Shown here piece by piece: positions 15,275-29,299 of a stretch of 64,000 bases of DNA; the first letter of the stretch is position 1, and each line of letters starts with the position of its first letter. Below the pieces are notes generated by a model that was not told the DNA's origin, searched no databases, and saw only the letters and a program-made list of their open reading frames with translations. The translations under genes were made by a program, and so were the position numbers. This stretch comes from Lytechinus pictus (lineage: Eukaryota): NCBI RefSeq assembly GCF_037042905.1, contig NC_087245.1, positions 30,382,001 to 30,446,000 on the forward strand, written 5' to 3'.

Positions 15275-16683
15275 ACAGTTGTGCGACATGATGGTGTATT
15301 TTACATAGTAAAGAAATCATCACACCTCTTAATGTTTTAAGGTTTGAACTTGCTAAATCAATGTAAATGAAATAGAAGGAAATGCAAAAATTATACCTTT
15401 ATAAAGAGACAGTTGAGATTAGATTTGGAAATATTCTGGTAGCACAGCATTAAACTAATATTTAACATTCACTGAATATTAAAAGAAAGAATAAAAAAAA
15501 AAAAAAGAATAAATTATTGAGGGCATTTATGAAAATGAAAAATGTTGTTAAGAAAATCTGAAAAAATAAAAGCTATATCATTCAATGAAAAATCCTTAGT
15601 CACCCAAAGATACTTAAAAAATGGAATGCACATCTTGCCGACATTTGTCATAATTTAGCCCTATTTGTTATTCAGTTGTCTAATATGTATCAGAAAACAA
15701 TACAAATAGGTCATATCAACTGGAACAATATTCGCCTTCGATAATCAGAAGCCTGATCAATAGAGAACAGTTAATAATATACTAAAAAAGCGATAAATGG
15801 ATCAAAATATGACAAATCGCAGATACCCTTCAGAAATTAATCATCATTGTTGCTTTATCATTGTTTTTTTCACAAAGCATAACAATAAATGTTATAAGAT
15901 TTACCCATAACTCCATGAGGATGTGATAACCAAGATCCTTGAAAACAGACAATAACAACTTTTATTTTCATTGTTTAACAAGCAAAACAATAAAATGTAT
16001 ATATATTCGATGGGATGGATGTATAGCATTACTCCGATGAAAATGGATCGAGCGAATGAGGTATTTCCGCTCCTAACAAATCCCGATTAATTATGGGGGA
16101 GGAAATAGAGACTACATCGATTTTCAAAACAATATGAATGGCCTCTCGTATTTTGATGTATGATTTGTTATTTTGATCCAGTGTTCCATTTTCTCTCCGG
16201 CGGTGAATCCAAGCCAGCAGATCTGACTATAATTGGGTAACATGGGATCCACAATTTGCACCTGTATACATAAAAGTTTCAAGTGTTAACTGCATTTTTT
16301 TAATAACATTCATGGTCGTTTAGATTTTTGCGGTTAATAGTCATGGTAATTGCAAACATTTTCATGACATGCAATAATTTCCGCTTTTGCCTTAATGCCA
16401 TCGGTTTCCTTATTTGGAACTATATAGCCTACATGTAGATCACTCAATCATATATAATAACGCTCAAATACCAATATTGTAAAAACCAGTTCACCCGAAT
16501 GATTTTAGAACTCCATCTCCCTTGTGAATTATGTTTAGCCTAATGAAATTTCACTGCCCAATTTTGTAATTCTGCTCGTCCCGTTTGGGAATGCCCTGAC
16601 TAAATTCATGCAACCATCGAATTTGACATTTGTCATTCCATAAAGTTTAAAGTAGTATAACTGCAATAATCAATAAATTCAGG

Positions 16684-18283
16684 AAACTTAGTACCTGTAA
16701 TCAAAGCTTAATTCAGATGGTGAATTTGACTAAGCTTTAGACGGTCTATAATACTTTCAAGATATATTGAGAAAAAAAAACACCATTGCCATATATTTGA
16801 TTAGTACTGTCTGACACAATCAGAGGTCGCTAGTATTTTACACACTCTAATGAAGAAGTTATTGAAAACTGTTAATTATAGGGTCTGCAATCTTAGCAGA
16901 CCTTGACGTGACTCTATACCGGGGTGGAATGAGGAGGTATTTGCCCCTCCCATCCCAGTTGCAGTGCCCCCAGATATTTCGACAAATGAAAAAAAAAATG
17001 GTAGAGTATTCGATTTTGCGGTAAACATATGTTTTTCTCGCCCCAAAAATGTTTTTCGCCCTCCATCCCCCCCCCCCCCCCAGTTTATGAAAATCCTGGT
17101 TTCGCCACTATGATGCGAACATGCGAATCCCAAGGGGGGGGGGCAATAAGCTGAATGATATTAATGAACCAAGCTTTACTTCATGAAAGCATGGACCTAC
17201 TAGCAAACTTAGTACCTGTAATCAAAGCTTAATTCAGATGGTGAATTTGACTAAGCTTTGGACGGTCTATGATACTTTCAAGATATATTGAAAAAAATAC
17301 CCAAACACCATTGCCATATATTTGATTAGTACTGTCTGACACAATCGGTGGTCGCTAGTATTTTACACACTCTAATGAAGAAGTTATTGAAAACTGTTAA
17401 TTATAGGGTCTGCAATCTTAGCAGACCTTGACGTGACTCTATCGACGTAGTGGCCACACCGGGGTGGAATGGGGAGATATTTGCCCCTCCCATCCCAGTT
17501 GCAGTGCCCCCAGATATTTTGACAAATGATAAAAAAATGGTAGAGTATTCGATTTTGCGGTAAACATATGTTTTTCTCGCCCCCAAAATGTTTTTCGCCC
17601 TCCATCCCCCCCCCCCCCCCCCAGTTTATGAAAATCCTGGTTTCGCCACTATGATGCGAACATGCGAATCCCAAGGGGGGGGCATTAAGCTGAATGATAT
17701 TAATGAACCAAGCTTTACTTCATGAAAGCATGGACCTACTAGCAAACTTAGTACCTGTAATCAAAGCTTAATTCAGATGGTGAATTTGACTAAGCTTTGG
17801 ACGGTCTATGATACTTTCAAGATATATTGAAAAAAATACCCAAACACCATTGCCATATATTTGATTAGTACTGTCTGACACAATCGGAGGTCGCCAGTAT
17901 TTTACACACTCTAATGAAGAAGTTATTGAAAACTGTTAATTACAGGGTCTGCAATCTTATCAGACCTTGACGTGACTCTATAGACGTAGTGGCCACACCG
18001 GGGTGGAATGGGGAGGTATTTGCCCCTCCCATCCCAGTTGCAGTGCCCCCAGATATTTTGACAAATGAAAAAAAAAATGGTAGAGTAATCGATTTTGCGG
18101 TAAACATATGTTTTTCTCGCCCCCAAAATGTTTTTCGCCCTCCACCCCCCCCCCCCCCCCCAGTTTATGAAAATCCTGGTTTCGCCACTATGATGCGAAC
18201 ATGCGAATCCCAAGGGGGGGGCCATTAAGCTGAATGATATTAATGAATCAAGCTTTACTTCATGAAAGCATGGACCTACTAGT
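16684..18283. repeat. Tandem triplication, units of ~521-540 bp
   Basis: Units begin aaacttagtacctgtaatc at 16684, 17205 and 17744; nearly identical; each contains a poly-C MITE remnant. Confidence 0.95.
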
Positions 18284-18292
18284 AGGTCCATG
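18269..18292. mobile_element. Palindromic transposon footprint with 7-bp TSD
   Basis: CATGGACCTACTAGTAGGTCCATG flanked by ATGAAAG (18262-18268, 18293-18299). Confidence 0.65.
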
Positions 18293-19206
18293 ATGAAAGA
18301 CAGGAATAATATGAATCGTGCCTCAACAATGGTATTTCAGTCTCGTTTTCTAAACTTTGAAATATGCAGATGTCGATTAAATCATTGATTGTATTTTGTT
18401 TGATTTGTTTCAATTTAGACTTAGCATAATCGCACACACAATAAACTGCTAAACTGACTGAGGACATAATTAGTCCAAAGTTTACTTTTTCCCTACATTT
18501 CAAAGGGATTATTAGGCCCTGTATAGGAACACAGTCAGACTTTGTAAAAGTTAGTTAAGATATATTTCAGTGCAAGTATAGGCCTTTCTTTTTTGCCATA
18601 AATTCCAATGAGATTCAACCAGACTTTGTAATAAAAAAACTACCTCCACACGTCCATTTCGGATTTCGGTAAAATAATACAAACATAATGTGGTACATGA
18701 AATCCTGCACTTGGAATTCTCTATGTTCTTGTATTTGTGATCGGTTACAAATTTTATGAAACATGACCTCTAACATAAAAAGCACAAATAAATGTGCCTT
18801 ATCATTGATCTCATTCATAGAGACTAAGCAAAGTTTCATGATTTTATCTCAAAGCTTATCACGAATATAGAATGGGCTTATCTAAATATTTTCGTTGCGT
18901 TCTTACTCCTTATTCTCACATTATCATCTGAACGTTATGAAAATGTCAATAATTTCCAATGATTTGATGTCAGATGCAATTATTCAGATAAGTCATCAGC
19001 GACGAAGATTAACATGCACAGTCATCTATACAAACCGCAAATGTCAAATTATGTCAATCATGTTTTTAATAGTTTGCAATATAATTTGTAGTATTATAGG
19101 ACGCAGCGTGATATTAGTCTACAGTAGAAATCAGATTTTGAGTAGGATACTTTCATATTTTCATTCGCCCCTCATCATGTTAAAAAGAGCCTGCAAATTT
19201 AACAAT

Positions 19207-19626
19207 TATTCGCAGATGTGGTTTACGGTACACCATGTGGAGTGTTATAGAAACAGTGGATAGAAGAAGAAAAGAATTGGATAGGCGAGAAAGTGGAAAT
19301 TTGAGAGTAGAGTCATCTTTCTTGAATGTAGTCCTGAAAAGGACTGTAAACCAGAAGAGATATATGAGTTGAAAACAGCTTGAGTAGTAGGATGAATGAG
19401 GAGATGCTGGCTTGAGGGGGCTTGAGTCGGCGAGTAGAGATGATGAGTAGAAGTAGTAGAGAGACTCGACGTTTCGGGCAGGTTGACTGTCCGTCTTCAG
19501 ATTTCCACTTTCTCGCCTATCCAATTCTTTTCTTCTTCTATCCACTGTTTCTATAACACTCCACATGGTGTACCGTAAACCACATCTGCGATTGTACATG
19601 CCACCATGCAAACCTTCAAACAACAT
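19207..19626 (-). mobile_element. Penelope-like retroelement fragment with inverted pLTR
   Basis: Inverted arms 19210-19300 and 19501-19591; ~35-nt one-sided tail 19592-19626; TSD-like ATTTAACAAT (19197-19206, 19625-19634); hammerhead core on the minus strand; same family as 50801-51256. Confidence 0.8.
19460..19500 (-). ncRNA. Minimal hammerhead ribozyme core (stem I 5' arm lost)
   Basis: Minus strand reads CUGAAGA-C-GGACAG-UCAAC-CUGCCC-GAAAC-GUC/GAGUCUC: catalytic core, stem II and palindromic ACGU stem III typical of Penelope-like elements. Confidence 0.7.
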
Positions 19627-20576
19627 TTAACAATACTTGTTCTATCAAAGGGCGTAATAACCAGCAGTTTTAATAGCCGACACTCTAGTCCTCAAATACT
19701 CATGTCTGGCCAGGTTCATTACTCATATATAATGCATCATTCTGAGCGCTGCAGTCGTGTAATCAGGGGCGGATCCAGGACTTTTCGAAAGGGGGGCACA
19801 TTTTCCCGGGGAAATATTTGACAAGCAAAAAAAAAAAGGTTTTAACCAAAAATTAAAGGGATTTCGTCGACGAAAAAAATGGACAAGCAAAAAAAAAAGA
19901 GAGAAAAAGTTCTTCACTTTCAAAAGGGAGGGCACATTTCTGTTTTAACGGCATTTTTACATTACAAATTTTAATTGTGCCTCTCAAAGGGGGGGCAGAT
20001 GTTGCCCCCCCCCCCCCCCCAAGTAACGGAAACAGGTACTTCTCCTCTAAAAAAGCATTTTAGTTTTAGTTTCTCCACTCAAATAAAATTTCAGGCTACT
20101 TTATTCTCTTCAGTACTGATAGCTATCTCAAAAGGTACATTTTAACAATAGTTATTTATAACACACATTCAATGAGAGACCACAAAGTATTGGTCAGTTG
20201 CCCCTACACCCTTTTTAAAGGTTCCTTCACTCATATTCCACTTCCATCTGTAAAGATTATGATGTTTACATGATGATTACATTTTCGTGTAAATGTGTGT
20301 CACATCGATTTTAGATTAAAAATTTCGATAAATCCGCTTTGTTCATTGATTGATTTTGGTCGAAACCATCATAAATACGTTTTTCTGCTTTTTTTTAACA
20401 CCTTCTTGATGTCTCGGATAGAGTGGACTTTCCCTTTAAAGACATTCGTGTGTGTGGTTGTAATGTGAGGGAGTGTGTGTGTGTGTGTGTGTGCGCGCGT
20501 GGGGGATATTCCATTTGGGTATTCCTTGGGGTATACTCTAATGGCTAACCGGTCTCCACCATGCTTTCCATTGAGG

Positions 20577-20961
20577 GGTAAGTTGCCAATTCGTCCACTG
20601 TCAACTCGTCCACTTACCACATGGTCTACCTTCATTTAATCGAATGCCATTCCGTCCATCAACATTTCGTCTAACTACCATTTGGTCCAATCATCACTTC
20701 GTCTAATCACCAGTCGGTCTATGACCATTTCGTCTCATAACCAGTTGGTCTAATATTCGTTTTATTTTCATTCATTTACCCAATCAACACTTAGTTTAAT
20801 TAGACCAAATGGTATATGGACTAAATGGCTGTTGGACAAACTGGTTATTAGACGAAATGGTGAATGGACGAGATGGCAATTAGACCATGTGGATATTGGA
20901 CGAACTGATGGTAGACCAAATGATAGTAGACGAGTTGGCAATTGGCAAATGAAAATAAACT
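20577..20961. mobile_element. Foldback-type MITE with tandem subrepeats (MULE-like)
   Basis: Left arm of tcgtcc/ggtcta repeats, right arm of the inverted tagac/ggacga repeats; TSD CATTGAGG (20569-20576, 20962-20969). Confidence 0.65.
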
Positions 20962-21464
20962 CATTGAGGTACATCCATCCATTATGTAAAAACGCTGTTT
21001 GAAATTTTAAGCGCGTTGTTTAAGCCCGTCACTCTAACAACTACTGTTTAAACTTTTTAAACAAATGTTTTGACTTTTTAAACAACTGTTTAAACTTTTT
21101 AAACAAGTTGTTTAAAAAGTTTAAACAAGTACAAAACAGTTTAAACAACCTGTTGTTAGAGTGACAAGCTTAAACAACATGCAATTTTTTTTTACTGTGT
21201 CCATCTATCTATACACCACAAGTGATCACCAAAGTGCCTCTTCTTTGGCCGAACCTATCCCCAGCGTCTCCCAATCTCATTTTGAGGTCAGCCAACTGGA
21301 TAATCAAATCGGCAACACAAGTGGTCACTGATGAATTCCCTTCAAATGCCGCACAGCTGATTTACCTTGCACCGGGGATTGAATAACAGATTTGGATCAC
21401 TCTTATATTGGATCCTGCACGTCTGCCAATATTAACCTGTCCGTGTAGCCTGTTCATTCATTTA

Positions 21465-21640
21465 TTATGAGCTTTGCTTTTTAGTGGACCCCCTCATTTC
21501 CATTTATGCTCAATATTATACTGTTTTTTGTTTTACGAAGTAAGAATGCTCGTCTGTAAAATTGTATTTGATTTGTATTACTTTATATTACTTTGTATTA
21601 TGTTTTGAATGGAAATGGAATAAAGAATTGAATTGAATTA
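21465..21640 (+). mobile_element. LINE (CR1/L2-type) 3' tail remnant
   Basis: gagctttgctttttagtggacccc ... gaatggaaatggaataaagaattgaattgaatt: AATAAA followed by a (TTGAA)n tail. Confidence 0.45.
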
Positions 21641-24600
21641 TTCATTTATTCGTTTATTTATTTATCTATTAATCTATTCTTACATTTATCTATTTATTCT
21701 TTTATCTATTCAATATTCATTTATCTATTCATTTATTTTATTTGTTCATGTATTTATTTATCAACATAAATATTTATTTTGATTTTCATATAACTTTCAA
21801 CCTTTGGGTTGGTAAAAAAAAATCGGAGAGCGTATAATAGCATGGCTAATGCTAGTGCATCCTAGACTTAAATCCACGACCTCATCGCTATGTTTCTTTG
21901 AAGGTGCCCCTTTCTGTGTCAAAAGTGATTCATTTAAGATAATATAACCTCTACTATAGTCACCCACTTGTATATCCCCTAAGGGTTTTGTAAGCTCTCT
22001 TTTAGTGTGATTTAATTTTACATCTAGGGATTCCATATCACTATCCATCAGCATCAAAACGTAACAAAAAATGTTTATCGTTTATTATAAGAGAATTGCC
22101 GATTGTGTACACGTATAAACATTCTCCGACAAGACTTAAATCGGATAACAAAAAGGAGGATAACGGTTTATGACTCCCTTAAACGGCCCTGTAAGAAAGC
22201 AAATAAAGTGAAGAAAAAAATTATATCCAAACCCAACTCCCTGGTATTACGAAGACAAGAAAATTGTGTCCAGCCGACGACTAATATTTTATCAATGATT
22301 ATAACATGTTACGTTTGTTTCATTTTATCTTATTCAAATCGATTTTCTGTCGGGGGAACCGGTAGATTGGCCTTTCAAAAATTGACCATCATTTCGAGAG
22401 AAAAAAAATGAAAATAATGTAATACCAATTGACTCTCTTTGTTGAGGACATGCAATGAACAGGTGATCTAGGTCACAGAGTCGGGTTCTTCCGGTGAATT
22501 TGATATGACCCAGTTCACCTGTTATCAACTTGAACTTGCCTTGAAACCAATTTAAGGACCCCCTTTGATCTAGGCCTCTGTTTATTGAGGTCTGACTGGA
22601 TGCCTTTTCATGGAAGACATATGATTGAACCTCAAACTGATGGTATTTGACAGCCTGATATCGTGTCCCTGCAACATTCAATCTAACGCTTCTGTGGCTT
22701 GATTACCATTATTATTATTATTATAATAATTATTATTATTATCATCATTGTAATTATTATTATAATTGTTGTTAATATTGATCATTATGATTATTATTAT
22801 AATTGTTGTTATTATTGTTGTTATTATTGTTATTATTAGTATCAGCATCATGATGATCATCATTATACTTACCATTATCATTACTGGTAGTAGCATTCTT
22901 ATTAATTGTTAATATTTTTACAGTCTGTTGTTTCTTTCATTTGCTATGTTTGTTATGGAAACTGAAAAATATTGTTTTTTATATCTTTGTATATACTTGT
23001 GCATTTGTTCCTTATGCGAATACATACGATATTGAATTGAATTCGAAACATTATTATTGTTAATAGCAAAATTTGCTTTGTAAATTGAGGATTATATTTA
23101 GGGTTTTAATTTGAAAATATATAACAATTCGAACGATGCAAATTATAAATAAAAAATGAAAAATAATTTAAACATATATTATACAAAGACATAATATATA
23201 CTGTCAATTTTTAAGAAGGTATTTGGGAATGTAACTTTGGTTAAACCGTAATCAAAGAGGGTTTCACCTCAGTCAACGATTTAACAGCACAAGGAAATAC
23301 CAATTTATTACTTCCTAATTTTAATCGGGAGGTTTTCCTCGATCTCATAACAGTCGTGATTTTCGCGGTCACCTTCGAATCAACCTGCTCAATAAAAGAG
23401 TGAAAAGGGGCCTGTTCCCTTTTGTCATGTTGTGGTTAATTAAATATGCACCAAAAAGATGGGATTGTGATATTTTTAGCATGAATGAAAACGCGTAAAC
23501 TGCAGAATGGAGAGCTGTTTAGAGGTTGGTTGATATTAAGAGTAAAACAATAATAACTTTTAAATCAATATTAACCACTTTTAAATTAATTTTGGTCACT
23601 ATTCGTGTTATCATAATAGTTATTATTACTACTAAGTTTAGGAAGTACCTCAGTGGGTGTAAAGATACCCGATATAGAAATACAAAGGAAATCCAATCGT
23701 TTGAATGAGAACAATTTACATGAACAAATTGATAATAATTCTCGTTTTCTAACATTTTGCCCGCCCATTTTCTTCGATTTTAGACATCAATTCTTCTCAG
23801 GATATTTTAAGGCACATAAATGCATTGTGTGATTTTTTTATATATCTGTCCCTCTACTATGTACTCCGTAAACACCCAAAAAGGATTTTGCATGATTGGC
23901 ATATTTGGTTCTGAGTCCCTCCCCCCCCCCTTTCGCTTCGTATCCTGAAGTACCTCGAAGGTTCAATAACTTACACATCTTGCAAAGAACCGCATGTCAT
24001 TTGGATTATAGGATAGTTTTTTTTTCAGAAATCCCCCAAAGCAATCATATGACACTGACATGGTCAGAAGAAGGGACGGAGTTATTTTCAGATATCCGAC
24101 CATTTTATATTTTCAACTGTCAGGCAGTATACAGGAAGATTTTGTACAGTTACGGCTGAATCTGTCATTTTTCATAAAATCATGCACACTTGTGCATGTG
24201 TTATCATTAATAAGGGGCAAATAGAGACGTCTTATAACCAACCGGTGTATTGCATACAGTATAACCAATGTCTACAATGCTGAATGGTGGTTGTGTGGGG
24301 GTGGGATCGGGGGAGGGGGGGTATATGGCCTATGCCATTATCCCACTAGATCTCCTTTATACGTTTTTTTTTCCAGTTTACAACAATCATTGCAAAACCG
24401 CAAAGTCAATTTAAACCATTTGCTACAATTTTGTCTTGATTGTATCATAATGGTGAGTAGAAATTTGCAATTAGTTGAGTTACTCAGGTTAATGAGATCT
24501 AAAATTTATTGCTTTATGCCGTATGAATTATTAACATTTTGTCAGAGTAATTACTTTTCGAGAGAAACCTGAAATATACGGTGGCAACCCTCTGCATATG

Positions 24601-26229
24601 ATATTTAATTGATGATACATGTACACTATCAAAGTTCGGTTGGAGCATTATGTAGAGACAGTAGTGGTTCTGACTGTTGTCTTAATTTTAATAAGATCGT
24701 GGGTTCGAATCTAGCATCATCGTCCCTTGACAATACATCAATCTGAACTTTGCCTATCTCCTCTAGTTGAAATTACATACATGGGGAGGGCAGGTCAAAC
24801 TCTGATGGCAGTGATGAGTAAAAATGTTGATATCTGTATAAAAGCGGAAAATCATTATATGGCTTTTGAGAAATATATGCCTTTATATCATATGACAGAT
24901 GAACATGGGGTTTTAGTACTTATCAAGGAAATAAAATCATTCTGTAAAATATGCCAACAAAAACAAAATGTTCTTAAAATAGGGTCGCATTCTTATGTCT
25001 TTCCCCTTTTTGACAGAATACACCCCTCTTGTGCCCTTTCCCTGCACCTTCACCACCGATTACGCCCACTTTATAACAAAACACAATTACTGCTATGTAT
25101 TTTTTTTTTATAAGAAACACATTACGGGCCTCATTTTGGCAAATATATTCTCTCATGTCTTTTTGTGCTCAGGATCTGTGTCAATAATCATTACAGGCAG
25201 ACGCATCAAAGCCGCCAATCTGGTGGACTGTTAGATTTGTGAATAGGCGATCGAAAAGAGAAATTGAGAAGAATGTGTTTGTCGAACATAATGATCTCAT
25301 AACCATGATAACAGAGTATGACGTTTGAATGGACATGATATGTGATGAGGAGTAGAAATGTGGTGTTGAAATTAGAGAGGGTGAGGTGATATGCTCCTTA
25401 AAGTGCAAAAGCAATGAAAAACTTAAGAAAAGAGAGGAAACTCTGACATAGTTATTTTCATTAATGTTAATTTTTTATTCTTTCATGTGACCTTTCTTGT
25501 GTTATTTCCACATCAGCTGCATCAAACAGAAATTATATATATAGTAATAATGCACACGCATACATACTTATAGTTATGAGACATTGAGACTCAAATTCAG
25601 AAAATATGAATATAAATTATCTTTAATAAATAGATACAATCAAAACACTGAAATATATAATTTCATGAGCGTAGAAAATGTAAAACTTATGCTATCCTTG
25701 GAAGTATTCTATCACATCTATGAAAATAAAATATGTGATATTTCATTGCCCTTGTATATGAAATCACCTGTAATGATTGAACGGATAGGCTATTGTGTCC
25801 CCCTTGTTTAGACCCCCATCGGCTGCACCCCTTGTTTTTAGGGGAAATCCCACTCATCACACCTCACCCACGTAATGTCATGGTTATTCACTCTCTTCCT
25901 TTCCCCGCTTATATCGGTCCGTTTCGATCCCCAAGAGCACCAAGAACTCTTCCGTGTGTAACACCGATAAATGCTGGACAGGTACACCATCAACAGAGGA
26001 GTAATGAGCTAATTTAGAGGAAGCCAGACATGGGGTATGAAGCAAAAAAATGACCTTTTTGATATAGGGCCTAACATCAAGAAAATGAGGATTGTTAGGA
26101 TTATTATATATTTCGCCCTTTTCCATTTTTTTTTTGGTCGTGAAACTTAATTCATCCTTACTTTTATTTTGTTTAATTCTTATTTTGTTTTTATTTTTAT
26201 TCATTTACTTATATATATAAATATATATG

Positions 26230-26260
<31 letters not shown>

Positions 26261-27039
26261 TAAATTGGAGTGGTTATTACGGGTGGGATACATGTACGTC
26301 CTCTAGATAAGGAGTGAAGTCGTTTTTTAATGGAATTTGGCATTCTCCCCTTGAAACAATTTCGTAGGTTCAAACAATTTTGATGCGGTATTATCCGTTA
26401 ATAAAAGTAAGTATTGAAAATGAATCGCGATCTTAAAGTATTTCATTCGAAATGTATCAAAAATGGTAGCGGTCATTAGTAGGCGCGCGCAGTGGCTGGG
26501 TCAAGGGCTGGGTATACCACGAATTTGCTCGCTAGTGGCGCGGCGCCTCTGTGTGTGTATTGTCTTTCACAGTGGTAGAATCAAAATAGCTTCAAATAAA
26601 TTCTTGATCAATCACAAATCGGCATCCATTACATCGCATCACTCATTTCAAATAAGAATCTATCCGCCCTTTCGCACGGTAAAAAAGTAATTTGAATGAT
26701 GATTCCAGTGAAAAATAAGGCTAATTACGAATATTTAGCACGTGTGAAACCAAACTAGAACATGATTAGAATCACGAACAATCATTAAAGTCACGATTAC
26801 AACAGGAATTTTTATTACAATACTGATTCAAGATTTACGTGTGAAAAGGCCCTAAATCACTTCTTTGCTTTGCATTGCATAAAGACGGTCTTGTAGACAG
26901 TAGACCTCAGATGTCCAGTTTACTAAGGTGCATACATTTTTGTAACCTTAATTAAGCAGTTTTGTGGGCGAACGACTTACTATTATACGCAATTATGATC
27001 AGCGAGATTTTAGTCCGAGTCTTTTTTACATCAAAATGA

Positions 27040-27245
27040 AAAAAAAGATAAAAGGAGAAGAAGAAAAAAAAGAAGGAGAGGGAGTATAGTAGTAGAAGAA
27101 GGAGGGGGAGTAGAAGGAGGAGAAGAAGAAGAGGATGAGGAAGAGAAGAAGAAAAAGAAGGTGAAGGAGGAGGGGGAGAAGAAAAAGAAGGAAGAGACTG
27201 AGGACAGACAGAGAGGAAGAAGGTGAAGAAGGGGAAGGAGAATCA
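27040..27245. repeat. Purine-rich (GAA/GGA)n low-complexity tract
   Basis: Almost exclusively G and A on the + strand. Confidence 0.85.
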
Positions 27246-28777
27246 TCATATAAAAAAAAATAATAAAAAAAACTTGTTTAATAATCCCACAAAGCGAAAT
27301 ATAATATCGTCTGTCCCCATTATTTATTTTTCATTGCTTGACTCGTCATTCTACCTTATGAGTGGAAGTGTTGATTTTGTAATCGTAATGTTTTATGATT
27401 ACAAAGCATTTTTGAAAGTGTCAAACAAATAAATATAGAAGTACATGTAAATCAGAAGAAAAAAGTTATTTAGGAAAGAAAGAGAAAATAAAGTATATAG
27501 AATGAAAAGGCGGATAAGGAAAGGAAGAAGAATGCAAGAATGCGATCGGCATTCTAACCACATGACTTGTGTATAGGTCAAATAGCAAGACAGTTATCGA
27601 TGATTTAAGCAATATAGAGTGGCTTAATTTTTTAACGCATTACTGCAGTAGTATCCGGAGATTACGACTTATCTTTTCTTTTTAAACGTTTCTCTATGAT
27701 TATGCTCAATTAATTTATGTACTCCAGATAATGCAAATGAAAGTATAGTACAGTATAAGATAAGATGCAAATATTATACATGAAATAACGTTGCAATAGG
27801 GCTGTTCGTACAGAAATACAGACCATACTCTATGCAAGAAATGGTTTACTACAGAATGAAAATCAAACAGCTGTATCTTAAGTGTGAAGCTTTACATGAA
27901 TTTAACCTTGCTATGATGAAAGATTTGAGTGCCTCATCAAGTGTTTTATCGCCTTCAAGAAGGGGCTCCATTCTCGCAGATGTTTGATTGAAAACGAAAT
28001 TATGCAAGAAATTACGTTTCCATCAACATTAGTCACTCGTACGTCCCATTTCTTCAACTTTTTAGTGAATGATTTAAAATTATATCTGAATGTCAATTCT
28101 TCCCAAACAATATCTTGCAGACTTCAACTGTTCAAACTTCACCCCCGATAAGCTCTATTATGCGAGGCGGATTAATGAATATTAAGGAGTTGAAAATAAT
28201 TATCGGCAGGTTGCAGCTGCAATAAAGAGCTATAAAATTCACATTGGCATAAAATGAATTTACACAAAATTTATATTCATCACAGTATTATTTAAGTATG
28301 ATGATATGATTTGTATATATAGGATATGATATAATATGTTACCAAGTATCAAGCGCAGTAGAGTATATGCAATTATAGTAGCTGCGCTATATAAATGGAA
28401 CATATTATTATTATATCATTACCTTTATCATTATTGACTGTCATTAGGGTCTATCATTGTTGTATATATCAATATACCATTATTATTGATATCATCATCG
28501 TCATAATCATCATCACCATCATCAATCATCACAGAAGGTCCCTTAAGTTGAAGGCGAAATTGTTTTTTTTTCTTCTCCTTTTAACATATTTTCTATCATA
28601 TTTTCATTTAAATAATATGGCAGTGTGCTCCTTTCCGAGGTGTCATCATTATGAAACTAGCCTTCATTACTTGATTTTTTTTCAAGTTTCGTTGAAATCT
28701 TAGCATTATTAAAATAAAAATACAGAAGAAACCAGGCAACAACAAAAAATGCATAATCAGTGAATATAGCTACTTAC

Positions 28778-28850
28778 TAGAACCAAATTCCCCATTTGCT
28801 TCAACAGCAACCGTATAAGCCACAAGAAAGATAAAGACCACTCTCCCCAT
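28778..28850 (-). CDS. First coding exon of an unidentified secreted or membrane protein gene (signal peptide)
   Basis: Minus strand GAC-ATG-G context; MGRVVFIFLVAYTVAVEANGEFGS (basic residue, hydrophobic core, VEA cleavage motif), then A|gtaagt perfect donor (phase 1). A promoter-like CpG-rich block lies upstream at 29300-29480. Confidence 0.68.
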
Positions 28851-29299
28851 GTCGACAATCCTCCTCAAACTAGATGTTAATCACAGAAAATATTTAAAAC
28901 ACAAGATGTTTCCTCGCGTAGCTCGTCAAAATTCAATCAGCATTCTTTTGATCTCATGTGATATTTCTTTACTTGATATTTTCCTTGGCATGTTTGCATT
29001 CAGCTCTGATGTCTGTTGTTATATCCTTGTCTGTTTCTTTTGATTGTAGCAAAAATTTGGCTTGCAAACAGGCCTTAACTATGGATTTCCAAAATTGTAG
29101 AAAATCGAGCTCGTGTTCGATTTTTTTTTATATTTGTGGCAGCGGACGAAGCTCTTATTTAACCCCAACCATTCAGAAGCACCCCATTCGAATTCCCTGT
29201 GGATGTGTAGGTTTGTTATGCAGAAACACGAACTCTTCACTAGCAGACGATACAGTAATATTCTCAGACTCCCCTCGATGACTTAGTCACGGTTTGGCA

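Noticed and set aside
19180..19626. 148-aa minus-strand ORF and similar ORFs at 50636-51440
   Set aside because: They span inversion junctions of non-coding pLTR sequence and have no RT or GIY-YIG motifs.
22678..22896. Ile/Asn-rich ORFs (also 34362-34598 and 35831-36038)
   Set aside because: Translations of (ATT/ATC)n microsatellites.
24640..24880. Degenerate SINE head (ggttcgaatc B box)
   Set aside because: Too decayed to delimit; only the B box is clear.
26540..26560. CTCF-like motif near tcgctagtggcgc (approximate position)
   Set aside because: One base short of the consensus spacing; not distinguishable from chance.
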